The notes under the pieces are model-generated. The model did not search any database. It saw only the letters and a program-made list of their open reading frames with translations, and had not been told where the DNA came from. A DNA stretch of 62,573 nucleotides, the filler included, from Bipalium vagum (taxonomy: Eukaryota): NCBI GenBank assembly GCA_037834085.1. It is 3 parts of 3 records of this genome, joined end to end, with 100 filler letters (N's around TTAATTAATTAA, not from the genome) between each part and the next. Parts side by side here need not be neighbours in the genome. Positions count along the whole stretch, not along the records: positions 34,439 to 62,573 come from JBBMKC010066509.1; 2 more parts are not named here. The stretch is one strand, 5' to 3'. Numbering within the stretch: the first letter of the stretch is position 1; each line of letters opens with the position of its first letter. This document shows, one piece after another, positions 48,101 through 61,333 of the stretch. The position numbers were made by a program, and so were the translations under genes.

Positions 48101-51100
48101 AAGAATATAATTATTTTTAAATATTAAATATAATAAATATCGTGAATTAATTTTTTAAAAATATATTTATATATTTAAATAATTTAAATATTAAAATTAT
48201 TTTTTTTTTATTTTTATCTTCATTGGTACTGTTAAAAACCAATAACTTATTTAAAAATTATAGAGAATTTTATTTTTAATTATAAATTTATTTTAAAGAA
48301 TTTACTGCTTAATTATTTAGTAAAAATATCTACAAATTTTAATTAATTTTATAATTATTTTAGGATTTTTTTATTTATTAAAGTAAAGTTATTCCTTTTA
48401 ATACTGAAGTTATATTTTATAAAACATTGAAGTGTTTAACTTCCAATCTTCTAATGAGATTTTCTTTAATAAAAAAATTAATTTTAAAATATAAAATTAA
48501 TCAATAATAAGATAGAAGATTTAAGTGAGATATTCTGGACTATTGTGGTTTTAAGTTTTTATTTTTTAATATATTAGGTTTGTGAATACGTTTTAGGTTT
48601 TGGAATAAAACTCCACAATTGAAATATGCGTGGTAATAAATTAATGATATATATGTTATTTGAAACTGTCAATAAATATGTTAATTTCAGTCTAAAAATT
48701 TCTTGTTTAAATATTCATTATTTTATAAACAAACATGGAAAAAATTGAAAATTGGCGGAAAAATCAGCATTTGTGGGAAATTTTGTTAGGCTACTTTTTC
48801 TAAGAAAAATGCTTCTGAAAGTCATAATTGGTTAGTAGAAACATGGAAAACATGCTTTTTCAAGAACGCGGTGTTTTGAATGGTACAATAGCTTTAAGAA
48901 TGAAGATTATGATGTCAGAACGTCCAGAAGAAAAAGATTTGTGACAAACGAAAAAACAATTAGCGAAACCATTGAAAATCGATCGTTGCCAAACGTTTAA
49001 ATGTACTGTGCTATCCAAATCTGGGAACTTGGTTGCCGCACAAATGAAAGGCCAGAGACGTCTGTGTACGTCTAAACAGTTGCTTCAACGGCAAAGACAG
49101 GAAGGGTATTTTAACTGCATTTTTACATGCAATAAAAAATGGATACGTAGTAATTCGAAGCGTAAAAGATCATGAGACAGCCGGGTCATGCCTCCATATT
49201 GACGAACAAAAAATAGTCATGGTTAAAAGCTCATGCTGTATTTTTGGTGGTATCATATATTATGAGCTGTGCAACCGAGCGAAAAAATCACAGTGAATTG
49301 GTATCGAGATAAATTGATGCATTTAAGCCAAGCATTAAGTAATAAACGGCTATATTATGCCGACAGGCATGATAAAGTCATTTAGCAACATGACAATGTT
49401 CGGCTTCATGTTTTAAAACCGGTTAAAACATTCTTGGAAACATTCAAATGGAAGTTCTATCAGACCCACCGTACTTTCCCGATATTGCCCCTACAAATTA
49501 CCATCTGTTCCGTTCCATGGTTTATAGTCTGACTGACCAGCATTTTCAATCTTACGAGGATACCAGAAAGTGGCTTGAATCTTGAATCGCCTCCAGATTT
49601 TTTTAAACACTGGATCAGTATCTTGTCTGGAGAATGGGAGAAAGTATTGGCAAACAGTGGAAAATATTTCGGAAACTGAATATGCGTTTTTTTATAATAA
49701 AGTTTCTTTATTTTATTTATTTATTTAAAAATATGCAGAAATTTATTTACACACCTAATACTAGTAGTAGTTTTATCCTTATTATTATGTCTACAAGTTG
49801 AGAAGGTGGCTGTTTTTAAAAATATTACAAATCAAAAGATTAATAAAGTAAATATGTATTGGTATCTATAAAAATTCTATAAAAATGGGACTTGAGAGAA
49901 ACATTTAAAATTGTGAATATAATTAGATAATTGAGATTTGTTAGAAATTAATTTGTCATACTTTGTTTGGATTTTAAAACTCTATAATATAGTAAGTTAT
50001 TGATTATAAAATGTATACCAATAAAATTTTATAATTATTTTAAATCTACCATTTTAAGAAAAAAAATCTTCAAAATAATGTCTTGGGTGTCTTGTTTCCC
50101 TCTGGATCACTGACATCAAACTGCTTATGAAACTCACTGGATAATATAGAAGAACAATCATGAGAAATCTGAAGAAGACGCGTGAAAGAAATACCCTTCA
50201 AAGGCAAGCTGGAAGTGAACGACCTCGAAAATTTAGAATTAGTGATAAAAGAGGACTCTCACAATTCACCTTGAAAATGGTCATATACCATCAAATGAAA
50301 TTGATATTGAAATGAAGACGAGAAGAAGTCTTACAACACCTGCAAGTACAATAAGAAAATATTTAAACGAGATGGGGATATGGTCAATGGTATCAAATTT
50401 GGTACCAAAATTGACCGCCCTTTACAAAAAAGAGATAATCAATAACCAGAAAACAAGATTCGGTTGATGGATTTTCAGTAACCAATTTTTATTCGAACTA
50501 TATTTAAATCGTGTTAGAGTTTGGTCCAACCCAAGACCCAAAACAGAGAAACCAAAATGGAATTTTCGTTTAATGGTATGGTAATAATTACCAAAATAAA
50601 ATCAAATTTGATTTAAATTTCCAGGTAAGATTGACTTCAAATTAGAAAAGGCTCTACAAAGCATTATGGAAATAGTACCAAAATTTCTTCTAATGCAAGA
50701 TGGATCAACACTTCATACATCGAAGTCGACAAGAGATTGGTTAGCTGTAAATATATAAAAGCGTTACTCCGTGGCCAACAAACTCTTCAGACCTAAATCC
50801 ATTTGAAAATGTTTGCTGACTAATGAAGAGAAAAGTGGAACAACATAATGCAAAAATATGAAAGATTTGGAGAAAATTTTTGTTTTGGATAGACTCGCAC
50901 TGAAATATTTGAGGACATTATTTTTGTCCACGACCCTAAGAATTCAAAGTTTTATTGCTTTTAAAGTAATTGCTTCATATTGTTTATTCTGTGTAAATGT
51001 CTTTAATAAAACAAAAAGAATTATAATAAAGTTCATTATCTTAGGGTAATTTTCACTTTCAAAAATTACCAATTTATTATAACAGTGGGTAAAACTAAAA

Positions 51101-54100
51101 ATAATTTCCATAATTCCCAATGCATTTTAACTATTTCTCAGGTAACTGGCGAATTCCGGGATGAAAAAAGATCATCTTGAATCTATATAATTTGAGATTT
51201 ATTTTTGAACATCATCAACAATTTTAAACTGCGAATCAGCAGCTAATGTTAAAGACAAATAAAAATTTGATTGCGTCATGTCAGGTGAGTAAGAAATTCC
51301 TAAGCAGAAATGTGGTGCACGATAGTCTTTGACGTATGTGATCGGTCATTGTCATGCAGAAGAAAAACAGGCCTTTTTCAACGATCATTAAATATCCATT
51401 TTTTTCAAGCGTTTCTTTCCGGTAATTCAGTTACCTTATGCACTTTCAGATCTGAATATTTCACGCAACATCAGCAACTCATAGTAAACTACTCTCAGGT
51501 AGTCTCACGAAAAGCACAGCAAAAGTTGGCTTAGTGGATATTGCGTTCACAATAGTCAAAGGTCGTTCATCTGGAAGATCCAAAAAAATTCGTTTGGGGT
51601 TATCGTAAAATTAGACTGTCCTTAAGGTTACTTCCGTTTTTACAATGAAATTCAAGATTAAATTTTTTATTAATAAAAATATTTTCAGTCAAAATTATAT
51701 AGTCCCTTTTGTCCAAACACCTTCTGCCATCTGTTTGGTAATTTAAGGATTCCATTCTCATAAAACTTCTTTTCCTTAGATATTTCCAATCAAAAAATGT
51801 TGCATGGAGCAAAATAAATGGAAATCAGAAGGAGCTAGATCTTGTGAATATGGTAGAACATCCCACCCAAGATCCAATAGCTTCTGTCGAGTCACAAAAC
51901 TTGTATGATGTTTAGTTTTGTCATGCTGATAAACTATTCCTTCTCTGTTGGTCAATGATGGCCTCTCCAGCCTTATACACTCATTTAATTTATGCAGTTG
52001 ACTGCGATAAACATTTGAATTAATAGTCCTGTTGCGAGTATCTGTTTAAAGAAAATTACTCCTTGCAAATACCATAATACATAGAGCATCACCTTTTTTC
52101 ATGGATCCCCTTTGAGACGAGCGTTGAGGTGGTTAATCTCTTTTGTTCGATGACTGGCTGTGGTTACTGTACATAATCCACTTTTTATCGGTCGTTACTG
52201 TTCTTCAAAAATGGATCCTTTGCTTCATGGTTGATTAATAAATCTGGTATGTTAATGCGCTGAATAATATCTTTTTCTGTAAGCAGATGTGGTACCTATT
52301 CAACGGGCTTGCAACATAACCTAGATCTTTTAGATGAGTATGAACTGTTGAATAACATATTTCCTATTTTCCAAGTTGTCAAATGTGGATCTCCTTTAAC
52401 GGCAGTTCTCAGTTTGTATACATTAGTCTTGACTGGTCTTACAGAACGCGAGCAATCGTGAAGGTTGAAATTCCCCGAACAAAATCTGGAAAACTACTTT
52501 TGACATTGCGGTTGGGTTATTACTTGTTCTCTATATACCATACATAATTTTCTTCTGGCATTTGCGACATTACTTCCTTTTCGGAAATAAAACAGTAAAT
52601 TATTCTGAAAATGTAAATTTTCAACTTTCATTTCAAATTTTCCACCTAAAAAATTTATTTCATATATTTAGCAATTTTACCTACTAATCATAATTGACAT
52701 AGATTAATGTAATCGACATTGAAATTTTTATTAATAATTTGTTTTGATGCTTTGAAATATCTAGAACTTCAACTCAAAAAACAGTAACTTTCTGAACAAC
52801 CTAATATATACATTTATCGTATCCCAAAACAATCTTGTGTAAGAATTCCTTCTTAAATTTTTTTATGAAGGATACCCCATTTTGTTTCGTCTTTCCTTGC
52901 TCTCAGAAGTATTAACTATGTATCCATCGGAAACTTTTTGAATACTTTTTAGATGTTTGAATCTACTGTGTAATTCCAAGTTGCATAATGAGATCTGTTT
53001 ACGTCCGTCATATATTTTACAACCAACAGATTCTAAAGATATCCATCAGAAAATTTTTAATTGACCAGGGACTTCTTCATCTGGAAGATCAAAATTTCCC
53101 TTTCTGAATCGCTCAAAACATTTTTTGATGTTTTATATCTTTCTTCAATTGAAAGGAAAATAATAAACAAGACCTTATATGTATGTTTTTGTATGTCTTT
53201 TGAATTAATACTATTTGTTTGAATTATTAAAACAAAAAATAACTTTTACGTATACATTAATTAGCGATTATTTCTAGTTTAAAATTAATTCATTTAAGTA
53301 AATATTTTCAGCTAGATTGTAACTTTGGCGCCATTTACTAAATAGGCAATTTTCAACTTGTAGTTCTAATATTTAAAAATCATAAGAAAATAATAATTTT
53401 TATAATGCTTTTAATTTTTCATTTCATGAATTTCCGAACTTTTAAGGTCTGGCTTTGAGGGTTAGATGTTTAATATTAATGTAAAATATTTAAATGTGAA
53501 ATATAAAATATGCACATAGTATATATACATTATTGGTGATGAAACAATTTCTAATTCATTTTTAAAATTTTATGTGGTAATAAATTATATTTTATTATTT
53601 TTAAAGAAAATAGTGTTTTGCGGTCATCTATAGGATTTTGCAAAAGATTTCAAAGCTCCTTCAAACCTGAAATTATGATAGCTCGTGTGGATCTTATCTA
53701 GGTCGCTTATATATTATAATAGTTGTATCCAAGTTTTATCAGATGTCGATTAATGGTGTCTTATGATGGTTCAATTATCGTAGATAAATTGCGTGTAAAG
53801 ACATGTGCCTGATCAATTAATGCTTCTCTTAGAACCACTTCATTTATCACAGAAAGTCTGTCTTCGAGTTTTTTCCGAGACTAGTATCTTCGTTTTGAAA
53901 CTTTTTTAACAAATCTGACTGTTCAACGACACCTCCTTTAAAATCACAAATAGTCCTTGTGGTAGTAGCAATATTAAATCCCCTTTTTTAATAAAACGGG
54001 TCAAATCTCGAATTGTAATTTTTCTGTATCCATTTTACTATAATTATAAATTCAAATAAATTGATTTATTTATTTACACAAAACTTACAAATATATGTTG

Positions 54101-57100
54101 ATAGTAAAATATCAATATCAAATTTTCAAAAATTGTAGTTAAAAATATTTATTTTGATAAAAAAATTTTAACTATCAACATCACGAAGCCTTTGATATCA
54201 ACTAATATTTAAAAATTCTTAAAGATTAATTTTCTTTGTTAACATTACAGTAATAGTATCAGGTCTAATATGAATGTATATCATTCAGCGACTTAGGAAA
54301 TTTCCACAGAAAAATCATGATACAGGAAAGCAAGAGAATTAAGCATATTTTCAGGAAAAAAACTCTACTCAATTTTAATTCTCTTTTAAAAATTAGCTTG
54401 CCATTTCTGCAATTTGAACTGTTATCATTAAATATAATTATTAAGATTTTTCAGGATTATTTAAAATTTTGTTCATTATTACTGTTTTGTTGTATAAAAA
54501 ATGATTTTTAAAAATTAATTAAATTAATAAGAAAATTATTAGTAACAATTACAAATGAAACTTAAGATTTAATTGAAATACAGCATCAATTATTCATAAT
54601 GATTATTTCGTTCTCATTTTTCAAAGAGATAGTGAAAAAAATGTTTAATATTAATTTCTAATACCTTGATGATAATAATAATAAAAATAATAATAATTAA
54701 TTGACCTATTAAATAAAACAATATCCGGCAACCAGATTTTGCCGCAAGGTATTTTGATTTTTTCAACTAATTCATATCGACTTGAGTTCCACGAAAGACG
54801 GTCATCCATCCACTCCTTAATAGATTTTTTATTTGTTAAAAATCAAATTCAAAATAATTTGTTTAATGTTTTCAAAAAAAATTTAATATTTTTTATGTCA
54901 ATAATAGATCGAATAACACAACGTGTTTGTGAAACGTACAGGCTCTTTTATGTTCTTTTCTTCACAACTAAATTTCTTTTAAGACAATTAAAGAACTGTT
55001 TTGCGAAACACTGATTATTGACATCAAAACCTCTGATAAAAAGTATTTTGAAAGATAAAGATTATATACTGAGAAAAAGTTGAAAAATATTCAGAGGATA
55101 ATATTAAAACAAAATAAAAATTTTCTAAATGAAGTTTAAGCGAATAAAAAAATCAAACTCTTAACAGATTTGATAAAAAATGCTCAAACGTGTTCAAAGG
55201 TTCTTTTAAAACCAAAACTCATTTATATTATGAAGAAACAGTTCAAGATAATGTGCTCAAAAAAAGAACTTCTCACTTGTGCTCAGAAGGGGTTATTAAA
55301 TTACCAGGCCAGCAATACTTTTCTTAATTACCACAATTGATTTTCGGGAAGAATTTTAAACTTTTTGTTTATCAATTATATTTCTTCTTTAACATATTTT
55401 ATAAAATAATGAAATTCTAAATAATGATATCGCACTATGTTCTGTGGTTTGTATAAAAAATTATTTTAAAAATATTTTTTAAAAATATTTTTTTTTTAAT
55501 TAATTATTTTCTTTATTTATTATTTTATTAAAATAATGATTGGATCAATAAATAATTAAAAAAATTGTTTTATTTGAAACCAAATTTCCAAATGAATGTT
55601 GACTCAGGATAACCTGAAAGACAAAATCGAAATAAGTTTCAAAATGATAATACATAAAATTTTCTTTGGTGACAAGATTCTGTTTATATCCAATATAATT
55701 ATATAATTAACTTTCTTAAAATCGCATTAATTTTTCGTTCGTTCTTAATCATTTTAATTCCTTAAGTTTTTGAATTTAAAAAATTAAATTATAAATAAAA
55801 AATCTTTGTATTACTACCAAAAAATTTTACTGACACAAAACAGGAAAGAGTAAATTATAAAATTTGGAAGAATTACCTGAGCAGATATTTACATGCATAA
55901 AATATTTTTAATTTAATAATATAAATTATTTAATTAAAAAATTCAACTAAAATATATCTAAGTGAGAGATTTACCTTTCGTTAACTTGGGAGAAATCTTT
56001 GAAAAATAATCTTTTCTGTAAACATTATAAGAAATATTTTGAAACTCTTTTTGACTTTATTCTCCGTAATTATATTTACATTTTTAAATAAATCAAAAAT
56101 AATGATTAATGTAGGTTTTGTGTACCTGTTCTACTATCTGAAATCCTCACTAAAAAGTATTGTTAAAATCCTTTATCACTACTACGTTTTAAAATATATA
56201 CTTAGGTCTGAAAAGCCCCTCAATTTAAGTTCAGTGAATAATATATTTAATAATTGATATATAATATATTTCAAAAAATGAGCACCATACTTTTAATTAG
56301 AGGAAACGTCACATATATTTTTTTCATAATTTTTTCTTATTTTTCTTTATGAAAATAAAAATATTACTTGATTCATCCACAAGATCGTTGTGAGTATCTC
56401 ATGCTTTTCGTCCTTAAGAAAATAAAATATTGTGTTAAAATCGCCAAAAAATGATAAGCGTTTCTCATATGTAGAAAAGTCAAAAGAGAATTATTTTATA
56501 TAATTATAATTATGCAGGAAATGATTATTTCTGCCTATGGTCATTAGTTACATTAGAAATATAATTTATTTTTTTAATTCCATAAAACGAAAAGGAAATA
56601 TAATGCTAATTGTTCTATTGTATTAAAATAAATGATCAACTGAATTTTAGCTCAAAATTTAATAATCCTTAAATATTAGGTTGTAACATAGATTCGGCTA
56701 ATTTCTGGCCTTTGTTAAAAGCAAATAAAATTACATGTCGGACATCATGATTTTATTATTTTCTGGTTTTGTTTTACAGTATCATATTTATTTAATAAAC
56801 AATGCATTTATTTGAAAGATCTTTTCCAGCTCTACAAAATTACACTTAAGTTATTCATGTCATTTCATTTTATTTAAACCTGACAGCTTTGATATACAAT
56901 GCCAAGTTGATCAAAAACACCATTTCCACCACAAATTATTATCTTATTTTAATCGAAGTCAGAAAGTTGCAGAAATTACGAAATTTGTAATGAGTACAGA
57001 AATCATGTTTTTATCTAGGCTGTTGCAAAAAATGGTAAGTTGAACATTCATCGTTGAAGTCACTATACAAATAGATCGATCATTCGATTTCATTGATGAC

Positions 57101-58836
57101 CAATTGGTGGCACTGGGGAGGTCGTCAAACATCATGAAATTTGTCTCAGAGAAATTTAATCTCAGAGCTGTCCAATGATAATTTTCCCCCACCTGAAATC
57201 AAATAGGTATGGACAAAATTGGGTACTTGTGTGGTGAATGAAAAAATTGCACTTTAAAATTTGGCCACACACCGAGCAACAAGCTGCAGCAAGAAACGGA
57301 GTGCTCATCAAATCATCACAGGAGATAGGTAACAAACTTGAAGCACATCAACGTTCAGAATTAAACAAGATTTGTGTAACAAGAAAAAAAGAAGTTGTAC
57401 CAGTCTTGTACACTGGAAATTATCCAGAAAATCCAGACAATCGACAAACACATATACATAAATCAATTACGTATGATATTATGAAAGACTGGTTAAACAA
57501 ATAAAAGTAATTCTTCTTCATAATAACGTGAAACCACACACCGAAATATCGACAAAACCACTCTCCAAAAACTCAACTGAGAGGATCAATTCTCCTTATT
57601 AACCAGATGTTTGGCTAACAGATTTATAACTTTTCTGCTCGATGTCTAATGAAAAAAAACATGAACATCTTAAAAAGGGGTTAAACAGTTTCTTTCAAAG
57701 TAGATCTGGCGATTTCTGAAATAAATGTTTCGACAAACGGGTAGAAAGATAGAAGAAAGTACAAAATAAAAACGGAAAATTATTTAATTGATTTTTCATT
57801 ATTAAAATGTTTTATTGATTATAAATATACAGGGTGTTTATTATGTATGTTAACATACTTTCATTTTAAATATTTTAACAAACAATAAAAATATAAAGTA
57901 GGTATTACGTTTTTATTTGAATAACATATTTAAGAACAAATACAATATTTAATTATATATAATTTGACGCCGGTTGATAGCTAGGCAATGGCTTAATCGA
58001 GACAGTACAATTAGAAATGCTCGCTGGCACATTCCAGTATCTACTTCATTACAAACATGTCTGATTTTATCCTTGAGCTCAGCGATTATATGAGGTCTGT
58101 CTCTGTACACATTTTGTTTTAGATATCCCCTCAAGAAGAATTCTGGCGGAGTTAGATCGGGTGAACAAGGAGGCAACTCAATTGGGCCTCGTCTTCCAGT
58201 CCAGCGATTTTGGAACTTTTTGTCTAGCCAGTTCCTGACTTTTTGTGAATATTACGCAAGTGCCCCATCGTGTTGTAAGTACTTACGACCTCTTGTTATT
58301 CTAGGCCATAAAAACTTTTCCAGCATCTCTAGGTATGACTCACCAGTTCCCGTATCTTCGAAGAAGTATGGCCAATGATTCCTTGTGAACTTAAACCACA
58401 CCAAACCGTTATCCCGGCCCTAGGGTTTCTAATATGAATTGTTATTTTAGGGTTAGAGTAGGCCCAATAGCAGCAATTGTGTTGGTTAACAACTATATAT
58501 ATTATATTATATTATATATTTCAATGGTTATATTATTTTTGATTCAAGTTAAGATTTATAATGATTAATTAAAATTGAAAGTATTTGTTTGAAATAACAT
58601 GACACTTGATTGGTTGACCAACTTATCAAAGTACCAAAATGAAAATTTAAAAAACTATTGGCAACATTTGATATAACGATTCAAACTGTAGTTATAACTT
58701 ACCAAATCATAAATCATAGCTATAGTGATTCCTAACTTCAGTATAACTGGTTTCATATAATCTGTTGGTGGCCGAATATTCTTGTCATAATTTTTAAAAA
58801 GACGTCTTATAACCTGATATTCCTGAGATTTTTGTC
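36284..58836 (-). CDS. Spliced gene: Cys-loop ligand-gated ion channel, nicotinic acetylcholine receptor-like non-alpha subunit (5' signal-peptide exon not found)
   Basis: Exons (minus): 58836-58703, 56412-56368 (45 nt), 54815-54706 (110 nt), 47392-47212, 43036-42876, 38556-38363, 36633-36284. Phases are consistent; ~391 aa. Motifs: [38 protein letters not shown], Cys-loop [47 protein letters not shown]. The 45- and 110-nt exons are typical nAChR exon sizes. Confidence 0.92.
36922..38110 (-). mobile_element. Decayed mariner in nAChR intron
   Basis: [41 protein letters not shown]; right TIR ends cagcataata, left TIR partial. Confidence 0.85.
38363..38556 (-). CDS. nAChR-like exon (M1-M2)
   Basis: [64 protein letters not shown]+G|gttagt. 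Confidence 0.94.
39100..39651 (+). mobile_element. Deleted mariner (cecropia-like), 3' part
   Basis: [40 protein letters not shown]; TIR ends ggccaacctaata. Confidence 0.82.
40260..40640 (-). mobile_element. Tc1-like transposase N-terminal relic
   Basis: PGRPRKIS motif in the frame adjacent to ORF 40303..40560; ends at a KKPTISK-type motif. Confidence 0.45.
41333..41482. mobile_element. ~150-bp MITE
   Basis: TIRs tataggggtccgcaaaaaagcttcgttttt / aaaaacgaagttttttttgcggactcctata. Confidence 0.85.
41512..42679 (-). mobile_element. Decayed maT/DD37D-like (Bmmar1-type) element
   Basis: TIRs cagggtgtcgcgtatatagtgtta / taatactatatatgggacaccctg, TA TSD; relic [28 protein letters not shown]. Confidence 0.78.
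42876..43036 (-). CDS. nAChR-like exon (loops F and C)
   Basis: [53 protein letters not shown]+AG|gtaatt. Confidence 0.88.
43124..44678 (+). mobile_element. Chapaev3 (CMC superfamily) DNA transposon, decayed and internally deleted
   Basis: CAC...GTG termini with TTA TSD on both sides; [62 protein letters not shown]. Confidence 0.88.
45076..45155. repeat. (ATT)n microsatellite, ~25 units
   Basis: Perfect att run; source of the poly-I and poly-L ORFs. Confidence 0.95.
45900..47114 (+). mobile_element. Near full-length decayed mariner (mauritiana-like)
   Basis: TIRs tattaagtatgagaattagttcccattg / cgatgggaattaattcccatatctaata; [50 protein letters not shown]. Confidence 0.92.
47212..47392 (-). 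CDS. nAChR-like exon (Cys-loop, loop B)
   Basis: [60 protein letters not shown]|gttatg. Confidence 0.93.
48572..49760 (+). mobile_element. Decayed mariner (mauritiana-like)
   Basis: TIRs tattaggtttgtgaata / atttacacacctaata; [30 protein letters not shown]. Confidence 0.9.
50080..51000 (+). mobile_element. Decayed Tc1-like transposase
   Basis: [51 protein letters not shown]. Confidence 0.75.
51090..53371 (-). mobile_element. Outer decayed mariner, interrupted by a second mariner
   Basis: [12 protein letters not shown] (right of 52806) continues as YDNPKR (left of 51608); [10 protein letters not shown] and YSPDM downstream. Confidence 0.78.
51611..52804 (-). mobile_element. Inner nested mariner (mellifera-like)
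   Basis: TIRs ttagactgtccttaaggttact / agtaactttctgaacaacctaa; [47 protein letters not shown]. Confidence 0.9.
53600..54040 (-). mobile_element. Mariner N-terminal fragment
   Basis: [10 protein letters not shown] start and [10 protein letters not shown] helix-turn-helix pattern. Confidence 0.4.
54706..54815 (-). CDS. nAChR-like 110-nt exon (loop A)
   Basis: [36 protein letters not shown]+AG|gtcaat. Confidence 0.92.
56368..56412 (-). CDS. nAChR-like 45-nt exon (loop D)
   Basis: ttcttaag|[15 protein letters not shown]|gtaata. Confidence 0.9.
56674..57825 (+). mobile_element. Decayed mariner; right TIR not found
   Basis: Left TIR tattaggttgtaacatag; [29 protein letters not shown]. Confidence 0.75.
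57830..58495 (-). mobile_element. 3' half of a rosa/DD41D transposon
   Basis: ta|cagggtg TIR; YLQHDGA...[19 protein letters not shown] with exactly 41 residues between the last two catalytic positions (the last is E here instead of D). Confidence 0.85.
58703..58836 (-). CDS. nAChR-like exon (N-terminal helix)
   Basis: ccag|GA; [44 protein letters not shown]|gtaagt. Confidence 0.9.
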
Positions 58837-61333
58837 CTGGTATTAAAAAAGTCATAAAGAAATATTAAGATTTTCAATGATAAAAATAATTAATTATTAA
58901 TTTAAAAAATAATTATATTAAAGAGAATCTTTAATTTCCATATAATCTTGTTTCAGAGGCCTGCAACCAGTTATCTTTTGACACTAAATTCGATTAAGAT
59001 CTCAGAATTTAAAGATTAGATTATAAATTAAATTTTTTAAAAAGATCTTATTTCATTAACACGTTGAAATAATGTATGAATTACACAGTTCCATTTTATT
59101 TTTATGAATTTTACATTTACTAAATAAAAGGATTCTTTCTGTTACACAGAATTAATTGAGAAACCATTTTTCAAAAATATAAATAGTTCTATAAAAATGA
59201 GATCCTAAAATCAGTCAGTTGTCAAGTAACAATATTTGTGTTTATGAAACGTGAATTGCAAGTTCTGATACAGAATGAGCGTAAATCGTAGTTGAATTAA
59301 CACGTGAGATGTAGCTTTAAATTAAGTGAGAAAACTGTAAATGTTCATATTTCGTTTTATAAAATATATGATTAATATAGGTTCAAGGATTATTCTCTTG
59401 TCTCTTGCGAGATAGAAAACTGAAGGGTGGCAGAAAAAACCGGATGACGCATTGAGAGGTAAAATCGGCAATAGTTGTTTTATTTTGAGTATGGTTTTTT
59501 GTTTATGTAACTTATCAATTGATTCGATTTATTATATTAAAAGAATCAATTCGTATGTAGAATTTATTGATCATCATTATTTACAGCAAGACTAAATAAG
59601 ACTAAACTAATTTTGAAACCAAATGACAATCATTGAACATTGTTACACCTTGATGGAATTAAAAAAGTTTTAGACTTGACTTTGAGATATTTTCTTTGAA
59701 GGATTGGTGGAGTAACGAACACAACCAAATCAAATTTGAAGTTTGTTCCAGTCGTTTAAAATAATTTATTAACAAAGAATTAAGTCCTTTGATAAGTCAT
59801 TGCATAATATTGTTGAAAATACACTAAAATTAATGCTTAGTATAAATAATTATAATTAATAATAATAATTGTAATTAATTATAAGTTTCACATAATAAAA
59901 TAAACATAATTAAACTATTATTATTCTCATTATCGCCTCCTAATGATTGAATAAAATTATTATTAATTAAAATTATTATTAATTATACTTATATCTAAAA
60001 TGACCTTTGGTTTGACCCATATAAACAAAACGGGAACAAACGAATTTCAACCTAATTAAATTTTCGAAAAATTTATAATTTAAAATAATTTTTATTGGAC
60101 TATATTCACTTGGACCTCGATGTATTTCATCAAATTAATTTATATAGTTATAAATTTTATAATTATTTTATTTAATTTTCTTTTTTCTAAACTAATCTTT
60201 GAAATAAATAGTTAAGTAATCATTAGTAGTAACTTTGCATCATTTCATTATAAGAAATCGGAGCTGAAATAAATCTCCCCCTTTTAATTTAATAAATATT
60301 TTTTAATTAAATTCATTAATTAAACATTGGGTGTACCGCCACGTTAATAATTTCCTTTTAATTCTTACAATTACTATTTCAATTAAATGTTAATTATTAC
60401 TTAACTTTAGTAATGTGTTCTACATTAGGCCTTAATGAAAAGATTGTGATGATTTAATTTCAGCTATTATCGTTTCATTAGGAGATGTAGAGTAATTCTT
60501 ATACGAGAATGAAAATTTACGAATACTGAAAATAATCATCATATTTTTGAAGGAATTAATCAATGCATGTTAACTTTCTCTGTTGAATTATTAGGATTTC
60601 TTCTATTACTTTTATCATGAAATCTTTCATATTTTTCACTTTTACCTTTTATAAGTATTAATTAACTCTTAATGAGTAAACAACAGCATTAACATAATTA
60701 TATTATATTACATTATATTATTAATAAATTCTGAGTTAAGCGTATGTTTTGATCTTAAAAATGTTTTAAGAATGTGATAAATGAAAGAACATTTTCTAGG
60801 ATTACAACTGTTGTCAAGTTTGAGTAACTCAATTTTTAAAATAAAATTAACAATTCTTTTAATAAGATGATATTACAACTGGGAGTTATTTGGTATTCAA
60901 TTGCTATTGTGGTCTGAATGTATAGAACTACTGAACTTTCTTTGAGTTATTGGATACGCTTTGAAGCAGTAAGGTAGAAGTGAATGTAACAAGAATGATG
61001 ATTTCTATGATACGGTTTGTAACATGGAAGTTTTGATTAACAGGTTTCAAAAGGTAATTTTTAAAAAGACCATTAGAAATATTAAATGCTAACGAGGATT
61101 ACAAATTTTAAAAAAGATTATAGATATAAATTGAATAGTCCTTGATTGCTGACTAATGGAAATTAGAATAATTCTAAATTTGGAAAGTCCAGTAAAAATA
61201 GTTACCAAAAATAGAAATAATAATCTAAAATAGAATAAATAATAAAAAATAGTGTATTAAAAAATTTTAATTAGTAAATTTAAATTACTAAAAATAATTA
61301 GAAGATAGAAAATTTTATATAAATTCAGTCGTC

